Assembly (NCBI GenBank): GCA_003280965.1
Contig: QCDI01000014.1
Location: 1 to 24,293, forward strand
Direction of reading: 5' to 3'
DNA: 24,293 nt
Source: Prochlorococcus sp. AG-355-B18
GTDB taxonomy: Bacteria; Cyanobacteriota; Cyanobacteriia; PCC-6307; Cyanobiaceae
Numbering within the stretch: position 1 is the first letter of the stretch; every line of letters starts with the position of its first letter. Made by a program: the position numbers and the translations under genes. Below, one piece after another: positions 9,660-18,655 of the stretch. The notes below the pieces were generated by a model that worked only from the letters and a program-made list of their open reading frames with translations, was not told the origin of the DNA and made no database searches.

Positions 9660-11258
9660 ATGGAAATAAAAAAAGAAAAAATTCTTACAGTTAAAAACCT
9701 TACTGTTCAATATAGTTTAAAGAAGAGCCCTATAATCAAAAATTTTAATTTAGAAATAGATAGAGGAGATCATTTAGCCATAATAGGACCTTCTGGATGT
9801 GGAAAGACTACTTTTGCAAAAACTTTAGTAAATATACTGCCTGAAAAGGCAACTTCTAAAGGTTATTTATCGATTTCTAGTGTAGATCCCAGAAAAATAA
9901 ATAATAAAGAAGCACAATTATTTAGAAGAAAAAATTTTGGATTTATCTATCAAGATTCGATAAAAAAACTTAATCCGCTAATGAGAGTTGGGGATCATTT
10001 ATATGAATTATTTAAGACCCACTATCAAAGTAAATCATCTGTACTTATTAAAAAATTAGTAAAAGAAGTTTTTCAAAAAGTTGGAATTGAAGAAGGCAGA
10101 CTTAATTCTTTCCCGCATCAATTTAGCGGTGGAATGAGACAGAGAGTTTCTATAGCTATGGCTCTTGCATTAAAACCTAAATTATTAATAGCTGATGAAC
10201 CCACGACAAGCCTTGATTCCATAACAAGTTTTGAAATTATGCAAGAAATAATTAACTTATGTAATGAATTCGATACTACTTTAATTTTAATTAGTCACGA
10301 TATTAACCTTGCAGCAAAGTGGTGTAAAAAAGTTGCCATAATTGAAAACGGATCGATTATTGAAAAAGGAAATATATTAGATATTCTTAAAGCACCAAAA
10401 TCAGATATCGGGATAAAGTTAGTAAATGCCTCAAAAATAGTATTAGAACCAAATACTAAAAATAATGTTAGAGATGAGGTCGTTCTAGAGGTAAATAACT
10501 TAAGGCATTGGTATAAAATAAATTCTTCAATTTTTTTGAATAAATGGAATAAGGCTTTAAATGAAGTTAGTTTCAAATTATATAAGAATGAGACTCTTGG
10601 AATAGTTGGTTCCTCAGGTAGCGGCAAAAGTACATTGTGTAGGGCTTTAATTGGACTTCTGGAAGTTAGAGGTGGTGAAATAAAAATTTATGATAAAAAT
10701 CTTGCATCGAAAAAAAATAAATTTTTTAAAAAGAAAAATAATATGCAAATTATTTTTCAAGATCCTTTTTCAAGTTTGAATCCGAAAATGACAATTAAAA
10801 ATATTTTGGAAGATATATTTTTTATTCAAAGAATTTCAGATAAAAGAAAAATAGAAAAGGAAATAAAATTAATGTTTAGAAATTTAAATCTTCCCTTGAA
10901 GAATGATTTTTTTAATTCTTATCCTAGTCAATTATCTGGTGGTCAATTGCAAAGAATTTCATTAGCCAGGGCACTATTGTTGAAACCCCAAATTTTGATT
11001 TGTGATGAGAGCGTAAATATGTTGGATGCTTCAGTAAAAATAGAGATTCTTGAATTATTAAGAGTCTTGCAAGAAAAAATGAATTTAACGATTATCTTTA
11101 TCACTCACGATCTAGGCATTGCTAAAAGATTTTGTGATAGGTTGCTAGTCATGAATCATGGAAAGATAGTGGATGAAGGAGAAAGTTCTACATTATTCAA
11201 TAAAACTCAAAACGCGTATACAAAATCACTTCTAAACTCCTCTTTAGATCTTATTTAA
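9660..11258 (+). CDS. ABC transporter ATP-binding protein with two fused NBDs (DppD/DppF- or OppD/OppF-like)
   Basis: Two Walker A (GPSGCGKT, GSSGSGKS), two signatures (FSGGMRQR, LSGGQLQR), two Walker B (LIADE, LICDE) and two H-loops (SHD, THD). Start placed at ATG 9660 rather than TTG 9552, which would overlap spoT. Confidence 0.9.
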   Translation: MEIKKEKILTVKNLTVQYSLKKSPIIKNFNLEIDRGDHLAIIGPSGCGKTTFAKTLVNILPEKATSKGYLSISSVDPRKINNKEAQLFRRKNFGFIYQDSIKKLNPLMRVGDHLYELFKTHYQSKSSVLIKKLVKEVFQKVGIEEGRLNSFPHQFSGGMRQRVSIAMALALKPKLLIADEPTTSLDSITSFEIMQEIINLCNEFDTTLILISHDINLAAKWCKKVAIIENGSIIEKGNILDILKAPKSDIGIKLVNASKIVLEPNTKNNVRDEVVLEVNNLRHWYKINSSIFLNKWNKALNEVSFKLYKNETLGIVGSSGSGKSTLCRALIGLLEVRGGEIKIYDKNLASKKNKFFKKKNNMQIIFQDPFSSLNPKMTIKNILEDIFFIQRISDKRKIEKEIKLMFRNLNLPLKNDFFNSYPSQLSGGQLQRISLARALLLKPQILICDESVNMLDASVKIEILELLRVLQEKMNLTIIFITHDLGIAKRFCDRLLVMNHGKIVDEGESSTLFNKTQNAYTKSLLNSSLDLI

Positions 11259-12210
11259 TTTTAAGAACATTTAGTAATTTCTGAAAATCTAATGGTAATT
11301 CTGCTTCAAATATCATTTCTTTCCCATTTATTGGATGTATAAGTCCAAGCTTAATAGCGTGTAACGCTTGACCCTCTAATTTACATGGTAGTTTTTTACA
11401 TCTTCCATATAACGGATCACCCACAATTGGATGATTAATGTGAGCGCAATGAACCCTTATTTGATGCGTTCGCCCAGTATCTAGTTTGAAACTCATTAAT
11501 GAGTAATTGCCCAATCTTTCTTTTAATTTCCAATAGGTACAGGCATACCTCCCTGAGGTTTCTTCAACTACTTTGTATTTCAATCTATTTAATCTATCTC
11601 TGCCAATGTGCCCCACTATTTGGCCTTCTTCAGAATTAGGCGCTCCATGAATTACTGCAATATATTCTCGAGAAGCTATTTTTTCTTTTATTTGTTTCTG
11701 GAGATTTACTAATGCCTCTTGGCTTTTTGCTACCACCATACATCCAGATGTATCTTTATCTAATCTGTGAACAATTCCAGGTCTTAGTTTCCCATTAATT
11801 CCAGGTAGATCATTACAGTGAAAAAGTAATCCATTAACTAAAGTTCCTGATTTGTGTCCAGGGGCTGGATGAACAATTAGTCCTGATTGCTTATTAATTA
11901 CTATTATGTGCTCGTCTTCAAAAAGGATTTTTAAATCCATTTTTTCAGGTTTCAAATATATGAGAGGTTCTGGAGGAGGCATCCAGATTTGAACATTGTC
12001 GCCATTTTTTAATGGGGTCTTTGCTTTTGCGGTCTTATAGTTTACAAGGACTAAACCTGAATTTATAAAATGTTGAATTCTTGCTCTGCTTTGTTCTGGC
12101 CTTTTACTTACCAACCATCTGTCTAGCCTCATAGGGAGAGGTAACTCATAAATAATTTCTATAAGTTCACCTTCTCCAATGCCGAAAGAATTTTTATTAT
12201 TTAATTCCAT
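11251..12210 (-). CDS. rluD: RluA/RluD-family 23S rRNA pseudouridine synthase with S4 domain
   Basis: RLDRWL S4-like start, HRLDKDTSG catalytic Asp motif, TGRTHQIRVH, GDPLYG and QALHA. Confidence 0.93.
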   Translation of the reverse strand: MELNNKNSFGIGEGELIEIIYELPLPMRLDRWLVSKRPEQSRARIQHFINSGLVLVNYKTAKAKTPLKNGDNVQIWMPPPEPLIYLKPEKMDLKILFEDEHIIVINKQSGLIVHPAPGHKSGTLVNGLLFHCNDLPGINGKLRPGIVHRLDKDTSGCMVVAKSQEALVNLQKQIKEKIASREYIAVIHGAPNSEEGQIVGHIGRDRLNRLKYKVVEETSGRYACTYWKLKERLGNYSLMSFKLDTGRTHQIRVHCAHINHPIVGDPLYGRCKKLPCKLEGQALHAIKLGLIHPINGKEMIFEAELPLDFQKLLNVLKIK

Positions 12211-13073
12211 TTTGGGACTTCTAAAGCAATTTTTCCAAGCATTTGATTTCTATAATCTTCCAATAATTTATGAGACATTCTCCTTTTATCGCCTGAGGTA
12301 TGTTTTGAAGAAGCTTCATCGATCCAATCAGAAGGATTCTCAAAGCCTTTTGCAATATCAACTCCATATCTATTAGATATTTTTTTTACTGAGATATTCG
12401 CATCCTTATCTTTGTTTAGATTAGATATAATTTTGATAAATTCAATTGCGACACTCTCTATTTCATAAGCGGCTTCTCCAATATCGTCGCATAGTGCGAG
12501 ATTAAGTGCGGATTTTTGATCTTCTAAATTTGGAGGTATAACACCAGGAGCATCTAGCAGATCTATGCCACTTTCTAATTTTATCCATCTTAAACTACGA
12601 GTCACGCCTGCTTTCCTGGCACTATCAACAACTCTTTTTTTTGCAATTCTATTAATTAATGCTGACTTACCTACGTTTGGAAAACCAAGTGTAAGAGCTC
12701 TAATTGGCCTAATTCTCATTCCTCTTGAAAGTCTTCTATCGTCAATTGAAGACCTAGATTCTTTGGCGGCATTACAAATTTCTCTAATACCTATACCTCT
12801 TTTAGCGTCGCACCAATGCGGATATTGATCTTGAGCATTAAACCATTTATTCCAACTTGCGATGGTGGTTGGAGAGATCATGTCAGATCTGTTAATAACA
12901 AGAATATGTTTTTTATTGTTGATCCATTTGTTTAAGTGTGGATGTCCTGTTGATAAAGGAATTCGTGCATCTCTAACTTCTATAACTAAATCTACTTTTT
13001 TGATAACTTCAGATAATTTCTTTTCTGCTTTTGCGATATGGCCTGGATACCATTGAATTTTGGGTATGTCCAC
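12201..13073 (-). CDS. rbgA: Ribosome biogenesis GTPase A (YlqF/RbgA, circularly permuted)
   Basis: IQWYPGHIAKA, EVRDARIP, G4 (NRSD) preceding G1 GFPNVGKS, GVTR and LDAPG. GTG start. Confidence 0.95.
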   Translation of the reverse strand: MDIPKIQWYPGHIAKAEKKLSEVIKKVDLVIEVRDARIPLSTGHPHLNKWINNKKHILVINRSDMISPTTIASWNKWFNAQDQYPHWCDAKRGIGIREICNAAKESRSSIDDRRLSRGMRIRPIRALTLGFPNVGKSALINRIAKKRVVDSARKAGVTRSLRWIKLESGIDLLDAPGVIPPNLEDQKSALNLALCDDIGEAAYEIESVAIEFIKIISNLNKDKDANISVKKISNRYGVDIAKGFENPSDWIDEASSKHTSGDKRRMSHKLLEDYRNQMLGKIALEVPKWN

Positions 13074-13212
13074 TTCTATAAATCAAATAAAATTTTGTAT
13101 TGCTTTTAATTTTTATAAATTTCAAAAGTATTTACTTCTAAATTTTAGTATAAATTTAATAATTAAAAAAATTTTTATAATGGGTTAATTCTTAAAATTT
13201 ATTAAGTCATAG

Positions 13213-13255
13213 GTAACAGTTACTACTTTTTAACCCAATAAGTCCAAATTAACGT
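13213..13255 (+). promoter_or_regulatory. Possible NtcA-type site (GTA-N8-TAC) with a TAN3T box 23 nt downstream, upstream of pgk
   Basis: GTAACAGTTACTAC at 13213-13226 and TAACGT at 13250-13255. pgk starts at 13289. Confidence 0.35.
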
Positions 13256-13288
13256 TAGGGTCTTAAAATTAAAAATTAAGATTGTTTA

Positions 13289-14497
13289 ATGTCAAAATTA
13301 TCACTTTCCAGTCTTGACAAGACACATTTAGAAGGAAAAAAAGTTCTTGTTAGAGTAGATTTTAACGTTCCATTAAATGAAGATGGTGATATAACCGACG
13401 ATACTCGTATTAGAGCAGCGATCCCAACTATTGAATATCTTATTAACCATTCTGCAAAAGTTATTTTAGCTGCTCATTTTGGAAGACCAAAAGGTCAGGT
13501 AAATGAAAAAATGAGATTAACTCCAGTAGCAGCAAGATTAAGTGAATTGTTGGGAAAAAATGTTGATCTTACCAATAGTTGTATAGGTGATGAAGCAGTT
13601 GCTGAATCTAATAGCTTAAATAATGGAGATGTTCTTTTACTTGAAAATGTTCGTTTTTTTGGTGAAGAGGAAAAGAATGACTTAGATTTTGCTAAAAATT
13701 TAGCATCACACGCAGATATGTATGTAAATGATGCTTTTGGTGCTGCTCATAGAGCTCATGCTTCAACTCAGGGAGTTACTAATTATTTAAGTCCATCAGT
13801 GGCTGGATTCCTTTTAGAAAAAGAATTGAAATATTTACAAGGAGCAATTGATTCCCCTAATCGTCCATTGGCAGCAATCGTTGGAGGATCAAAGGTTAGT
13901 AGCAAAATTGGAGTGCTCGACTCCTTACTAGATAAGTGTGACAAAATAATGATTGGTGGTGGTATGATTTTTACTTTTTATAAAGCTAGAGGTCTAGATG
14001 TTGGAAAGAGCCTTGTGGAAGAAGATAAACTTGAGCTTGCTAAAGAATTAGAAGCAAAAGCAAAAGCAAAAGGAGTTGAATTACTATTACCCACTGATGT
14101 TGTTTTAGCTAATGAATTTTCTCCTGACGCCGAAAGTAAAATATCTCAAATTGATTCAATTAGTGGGAATTGGATGGGTCTTGATATTGGTCCAGATTCT
14201 ATTAAAGTTTTTCAAAATGCTCTTGCAGAATGTAAGACAATTATTTGGAATGGTCCAATGGGAGTTTTTGAATTTGATAAGTTTGCAGAAGGTACAAATG
14301 CAATAGCTACGACCCTTGCGGACTTAAGTGCTTTTTCTGAAGTTTGCACAATAATTGGTGGTGGAGATTCAGTAGCAGCAGTGGAGAAGGCAGGATTAGC
14401 TGAGAAAATGTCGCATATATCTACTGGAGGTGGGGCTAGTTTAGAACTTTTAGAAGGTAAAACTTTACCTGGTGTAGCCGCTTTAAACGATGCTTAG
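13289..14497 (+). CDS. pgk: Phosphoglycerate kinase
   Basis: [54 protein letters not shown] and [11 protein letters not shown]. Confidence 0.99.
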   Translation: MSKLSLSSLDKTHLEGKKVLVRVDFNVPLNEDGDITDDTRIRAAIPTIEYLINHSAKVILAAHFGRPKGQVNEKMRLTPVAARLSELLGKNVDLTNSCIGDEAVAESNSLNNGDVLLLENVRFFGEEEKNDLDFAKNLASHADMYVNDAFGAAHRAHASTQGVTNYLSPSVAGFLLEKELKYLQGAIDSPNRPLAAIVGGSKVSSKIGVLDSLLDKCDKIMIGGGMIFTFYKARGLDVGKSLVEEDKLELAKELEAKAKAKGVELLLPTDVVLANEFSPDAESKISQIDSISGNWMGLDIGPDSIKVFQNALAECKTIIWNGPMGVFEFDKFAEGTNAIATTLADLSAFSEVCTIIGGGDSVAAVEKAGLAEKMSHISTGGGASLELLEGKTLPGVAALNDA

Positions 14498-14498
14498 A

Positions 14499-15236
14499 CT
14501 ATATCTGATCAACGATATTAATACTTTTTGTGAAAGTAATCATCCCCAAAGGGTGAGCTATAATTCCTGACCATAATTGTATTCCGGGTTTTGTTGGAGC
14601 TCTAGTCATTTTGAAAATCCCCCCAGATACTAATGGCTCCAATAATATTTCTTGTTCAAATAATGAATTTACTTGATGAGGTTTTATAGCTCCTGCAATA
14701 ATGACCTCCTCAAGAGGTTTATTTAGAATAATATCGATATCATATTTTGAACCAGTAAGAACTTTATCAGGAATTTTAAAAATAATATCTATTTTGTTAT
14801 TGTCAGTCCTTATTGTTGTGAACAAATTTTTTATAATCCCTTCATCTATTTTCCCATTAACAATTGAAAATAAATAATCGAAATTGGATTCGAGTATATG
14901 GATTTCTTCTCCATTAACTATTTTTTTTCCTAAAACTTTTATTCTCAAAATTTCTTTGTTTGGAATATTTGATTTTAATCTTTTGATTGTCCATTTGCTA
15001 TCAGGGAAATCTTTGATAATTTTTGAAAACTGTTTTGGTATATTTTTGTTTTCATCATTTCTAAAATTTTTTCTAATAAACTCTAAGTCTCGCTTATTTA
15101 ATGAGTTTTCTAGATTTCTTATAAAATCAACTTTTAAAGTTTGTGTTATTGCTGAATAGGGAATAATGAGATAAATAAATAAGTAGAGAGGGAAACCTAT
15201 ATTTCTGAAAAAGTTTAAATTAAACATATTTATCAT
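14499..15236 (-). CDS. Conserved cyanobacterial hypothetical protein, probably exported (possible NTF2/SnoaL-like N-terminal part)
   Basis: 245-aa ORF filling the pgk-murG gap, with a hydrophobic N-terminal segment. C-terminal motifs (P.KVLTG..YDIDII..PL, GGIFK...AP) resemble a cyanobacterial family I recall next to murG. Start codon uncertain. Confidence 0.7.
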   Translation of the reverse strand: MINMFNLNFFRNIGFPLYLFIYLIIPYSAITQTLKVDFIRNLENSLNKRDLEFIRKNFRNDENKNIPKQFSKIIKDFPDSKWTIKRLKSNIPNKEILRIKVLGKKIVNGEEIHILESNFDYLFSIVNGKIDEGIIKNLFTTIRTDNNKIDIIFKIPDKVLTGSKYDIDIILNKPLEEVIIAGAIKPHQVNSLFEQEILLEPLVSGGIFKMTRAPTKPGIQLWSGIIAHPLGMITFTKSINIVDQI

Positions 15237-15268
15237 TTATTGTTTTTATTCTACTAATTTAAGTTTTT

Positions 15269-16360
15269 ATGTCTAAAAAAAATAATTTATTAGTCGCAGC
15301 CAGTGGGACAGGGGGGCATATTTTCCCAGCTTTAGCAGTTTCTAAAGAGGTAGAAAATAAATGGAATATCCATTGGTTGGGGGTTAATAAAAGACTTGAT
15401 GCCAATTTAATTCCCAAAAAATATAATTTGAGGACTTTGAGTATAAAGACACCAAGAAAAAATATTTTTTTGTTTTATCAATATATAGAAATTTTAATGT
15501 CAACTTTCCAAATAATGAGGATCTTAAAAGAAAAAAAAATTAACTTGGTTTTTACGACTGGAGGTTATATCTCTGCCCCCACTATTGTTGCTTCAAAATT
15601 TCTGAGGATACCTGTGATTATTCATGAATCAAATTTAATTCCAGGAATGGTCACGAAATATTTTGGTTTTTTGTGTAACTATGTTCTTCTAGGATTTAAG
15701 AATACAAATTTTTATTTAAGAAATTGTAAAACTATTTTCACTGGTACCCCTTTAAGAGAACAATTCTATAAATCCAATCCCTTGCCAGAATGGGTTCCAA
15801 AAGGGAAAGGACCTCTTTTAATTGTTATGGGAGGTAGTCAAGGAGCAAAAGCAATAAATCAAATTCTTAATGAATCTCTGGAATTTTTATTAAAAAAACA
15901 GTTTCGGATAGTTCATATTATTGGGGAATCTAATCAACACCCTTTTTATGTAAAAAACTCCAGAAATTATATTCAAAAGAAATTTACTAATGAAATGGCA
16001 GCTTTAATTCAAAACTGTGATCTTGTAATATCGAGATCCGGTGCAGGTACAATCAATGAACTAATAGAGGCTGAAAAACCTTCTATTTTAATTCCATATC
16101 CAGATTCTAAAAATAATCATCAGGAGAAAAATGCAATGATTCTCGCTGAAAGTGGAGGCTCAGTTTTAATCAATCAGAATAAAATTTCTAAAGAAGTTTT
16201 TGAAGAAACTCTAGAAAGAATTTTTAAAATAAAATCAAAAAAGGGTAAAAATCATTATGAAATATTAGATCTCATGAAGAGGAATATGGAAAATAATAAT
16301 AAAATTAAATCTAAAAATGAGATAAAAAAATTTATTAATTATTTTCTAAAGGAATTCTGA
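15269..16360 (+). CDS. murG: UDP-GlcNAc:lipid I N-acetylglucosaminyltransferase
   Basis: SGTGGHIFP, TGGYIS, IHESN, GGSQGA, RSGAGT and PYP..HQEKNA. Confidence 0.96.
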   Translation: MSKKNNLLVAASGTGGHIFPALAVSKEVENKWNIHWLGVNKRLDANLIPKKYNLRTLSIKTPRKNIFLFYQYIEILMSTFQIMRILKEKKINLVFTTGGYISAPTIVASKFLRIPVIIHESNLIPGMVTKYFGFLCNYVLLGFKNTNFYLRNCKTIFTGTPLREQFYKSNPLPEWVPKGKGPLLIVMGGSQGAKAINQILNESLEFLLKKQFRIVHIIGESNQHPFYVKNSRNYIQKKFTNEMAALIQNCDLVISRSGAGTINELIEAEKPSILIPYPDSKNNHQEKNAMILAESGGSVLINQNKISKEVFEETLERIFKIKSKKGKNHYEILDLMKRNMENNNKIKSKNEIKKFINYFLKEF

Positions 16361-17424
16361 ATTTCTTTACATAAAAGAGTGTTATTTTTCCTATTCTGTA
16401 AGCTTATTCTTGCCCACTTTTCGTCGAGAAATTTAAATGAAGTACATTCTCTAAGCAATATTCCCTTATTTTCTAAGTATTTTATATTTGGCGACAAGGA
16501 TGTTTTACTTTCTACTAAAAAAAAGTTGGTTGAAGAGTTATGAACTTTAAGGTTCTCTATTTTTGATAATTTTCCAAATACTCTCTTTTTTTCAACATTT
16601 ATCCAGCTATGAATCTGTTTTGTCCACTGGTCATAGAATTTCTTATTACTTAGTAGATCAATTCCTGCTTTAATAGCAAAGGAATTTAAAGGCCAAGGAT
16701 CTCTGTTTATTTCCCATTGTTTAAGTTTTTTCGATGAGCCAATAACGTAACCTAATCTGAGGCCAGGAATATTGAAGATTTTGGTCAAGCTTCTCAAGAC
16801 TAATAGATTATCATATTTTTTTGTTAAAGGTATTAAAGATTCTTTGTCTCCATTAGGTGTTATCGACAAGAAAGCCTCATCACATATAACTAATTTATAT
16901 TTTTTCACAACTTCCTCCAATGAATTCTTTTCCCATAATTGGCCGGTAGGGTTATGTGGATTTGTTATCCAAATAACATCACCTTTTGGACGAAGCGGAA
17001 ATGATTGAGGAAAAATATCATTCCAGTTGTTTGGTAATTCGCAATGTATTAAATTGCTATTCCAACAATTTAAAGATCTTTCATAATCAACAAATGATGG
17101 AGAAGGAATACAACTTACTCCAAATTTGGATGCTTCGTAACCTGCCCAGGTTATTAGCTCAGAAGCTCCATTCCCAGGCAATATATTGTCTGGATTGATC
17201 CTATGAAATTTACCAATTATTTCTCTCAAATCCCTTAAGTTTCTCTCAGGGTAATATCTAAATCTAAGATTCTTAATTTCCTCATTTAATGAATCTATTA
17301 CTATTTGAGGAGGATCAAAAGGTACTAATGAGGCACTTGCATCAATAATTTCAGAGGGTAATAAATTTAATTTCTTTGCTTTTGCATATACGTTTCCCCC
17401 ATGTTTTAGGTTTGATGATTGCAT
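16339..17424 (-). CDS. Threonine-phosphate decarboxylase-like PLP enzyme (CobD/CobC, corrinoid biosynthesis)
   Basis: N-terminal HGGN, IDASAS, GNGASELI, NPHNPTG, DEAF, RSLTKIFNIPGLRLGY, PWPLN and ILLREC..F..L are characteristic of the CobD(Salmonella)/CobC subfamily. Confidence 0.8.
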   Translation of the reverse strand: MQSSNLKHGGNVYAKAKKLNLLPSEIIDASASLVPFDPPQIVIDSLNEEIKNLRFRYYPERNLRDLREIIGKFHRINPDNILPGNGASELITWAGYEASKFGVSCIPSPSFVDYERSLNCWNSNLIHCELPNNWNDIFPQSFPLRPKGDVIWITNPHNPTGQLWEKNSLEEVVKKYKLVICDEAFLSITPNGDKESLIPLTKKYDNLLVLRSLTKIFNIPGLRLGYVIGSSKKLKQWEINRDPWPLNSFAIKAGIDLLSNKKFYDQWTKQIHSWINVEKKRVFGKLSKIENLKVHNSSTNFFLVESKTSLSPNIKYLENKGILLRECTSFKFLDEKWARISLQNRKNNTLLCKEIQNSFRK

Positions 17425-17479
17425 GGTTAGTATTTTGTAATCATTAGGTTACGGTTAATTCATTATTCATTTGCTTTTT

Positions 17480-18649
17480 TTATTCAATCCATTTTAGATC
17501 TGATCCAATGGCCTCTTTTATATTTGATAATTTATGGATATTTAGTTGCTTTATAATTCCTTGAAGTATATCGGGCACTAATTGTGGACCCTTATATATC
17601 CATCCTGTATAAAGTTGAATTAATGATGCTCCAGAACAAATTCTTTCCCATGCTGACTCAGGACTATCAATTCCACCAACGCCAATTAAAATAATCTTTT
17701 TATCAATATTATGAATATGTTTTATTATTTGATTTGCTTTTTTTTGTAGAGGCCTTCCACTTAATCCTCCATTCTCTTCAGAAAGTAATAATCCGGTTTG
17801 CTTGATCTTTCTATTTTCAAGACCTAATCTATCTATGCTGGTGTTAGTAGCAATTATTCCATCTATGTTTTCCTCGATTATTAATTGGCAAATATCTTCA
17901 ATATCTTTAAAGCTTAGATCTGGTGCAATTTTGACAAATAATGGTGGACAACTGGGTAAGTTTTTAATTTCTTTAATAAGTTCTTTTAGAAGAATTGGAT
18001 CTTGTAACTTTCTTAGTCCTTCAGTATTTGGAGAACTTACGTTTATTGCTGCATAATCACAATATGGAATTAATAATTTTAGAGAAGTTAAATAGTCATC
18101 TTTTGCTTGAGATAAATCTGTAATTTTAGACTTACCAAAATTTATCCCTAAACAAATATTCTTTCTATTTTTTTTGAACTCAATTCTTTGTTCGACGAAG
18201 TTTTTAACTAGATTTTCAGCACCATTGTTATTGAAACCCATTCTATTTAATGCTGCCTCTTCTTCTGCTAATCTAAATAATCTTGGTTTAGAATTTCCAT
18301 TCTGAGCAAATTTAGTTACCGTTCCAAGTTCAGCAAATCCAAAACCAAAATCTTTCCATATATTTGCGGCATTTCCATTTTTGTCAAAACCCGCAGCCAA
18401 ACCAACTGGATTACAAAAATTTATTCCACATATGTTCTGAGTTAACCTTTTATCAACTACAGAAAATTCTTTATTTAGATTTTTTAAGATAGAAGAAACT
18501 ACAGGCCAATTATATTTTCTTGAACTAAATGATAGGAGGCTAAGAGATAAATTTGTTAAGTATTCTGCATCAATTCCAGAGTCTTTTTTTAATACAGGGG
18601 TAATCAAGTTTTTATAAAGATTTTTAAATCCCCCCTTCTGTACATTCAT
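17480..18649 (-). CDS. pyrD: Dihydroorotate dehydrogenase (quinone), class 2
   Basis: NPVGLAAGFDKNG, GNxKPRLFRL, NRMGFNN, INVSSPNT (catalytic Ser), VKIAPD, GGLSG, GVGGI and QLYTG. Confidence 0.97.
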   Translation of the reverse strand: MNVQKGGFKNLYKNLITPVLKKDSGIDAEYLTNLSLSLLSFSSRKYNWPVVSSILKNLNKEFSVVDKRLTQNICGINFCNPVGLAAGFDKNGNAANIWKDFGFGFAELGTVTKFAQNGNSKPRLFRLAEEEAALNRMGFNNNGAENLVKNFVEQRIEFKKNRKNICLGINFGKSKITDLSQAKDDYLTSLKLLIPYCDYAAINVSSPNTEGLRKLQDPILLKELIKEIKNLPSCPPLFVKIAPDLSFKDIEDICQLIIEENIDGIIATNTSIDRLGLENRKIKQTGLLLSEENGGLSGRPLQKKANQIIKHIHNIDKKIILIGVGGIDSPESAWERICSGASLIQLYTGWIYKGPQLVPDILQGIIKQLNIHKLSNIKEAIGSDLKWIE

Positions 18650-18655
18650 AAAAAA

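Noticed and set aside
12882..12893. G4 motif NRSD instead of NKxD in RbgA
   Set aside because: A conservative change that I believe is common in cyanobacterial YlqF. The other GTPase motifs are intact.
14052..14072. Tandem GCAAAA repeats in pgk
   Set aside because: In-frame coding of AKAKAK, not a contingency repeat.
17436..17452. GTAA...TTAC pseudo-palindrome upstream of the cobD-like gene, or a cobalamin riboswitch
   Set aside because: Spacing is GTA-N10-TAC, which does not fit NtcA. The 55-nt gap is too short for a riboswitch.
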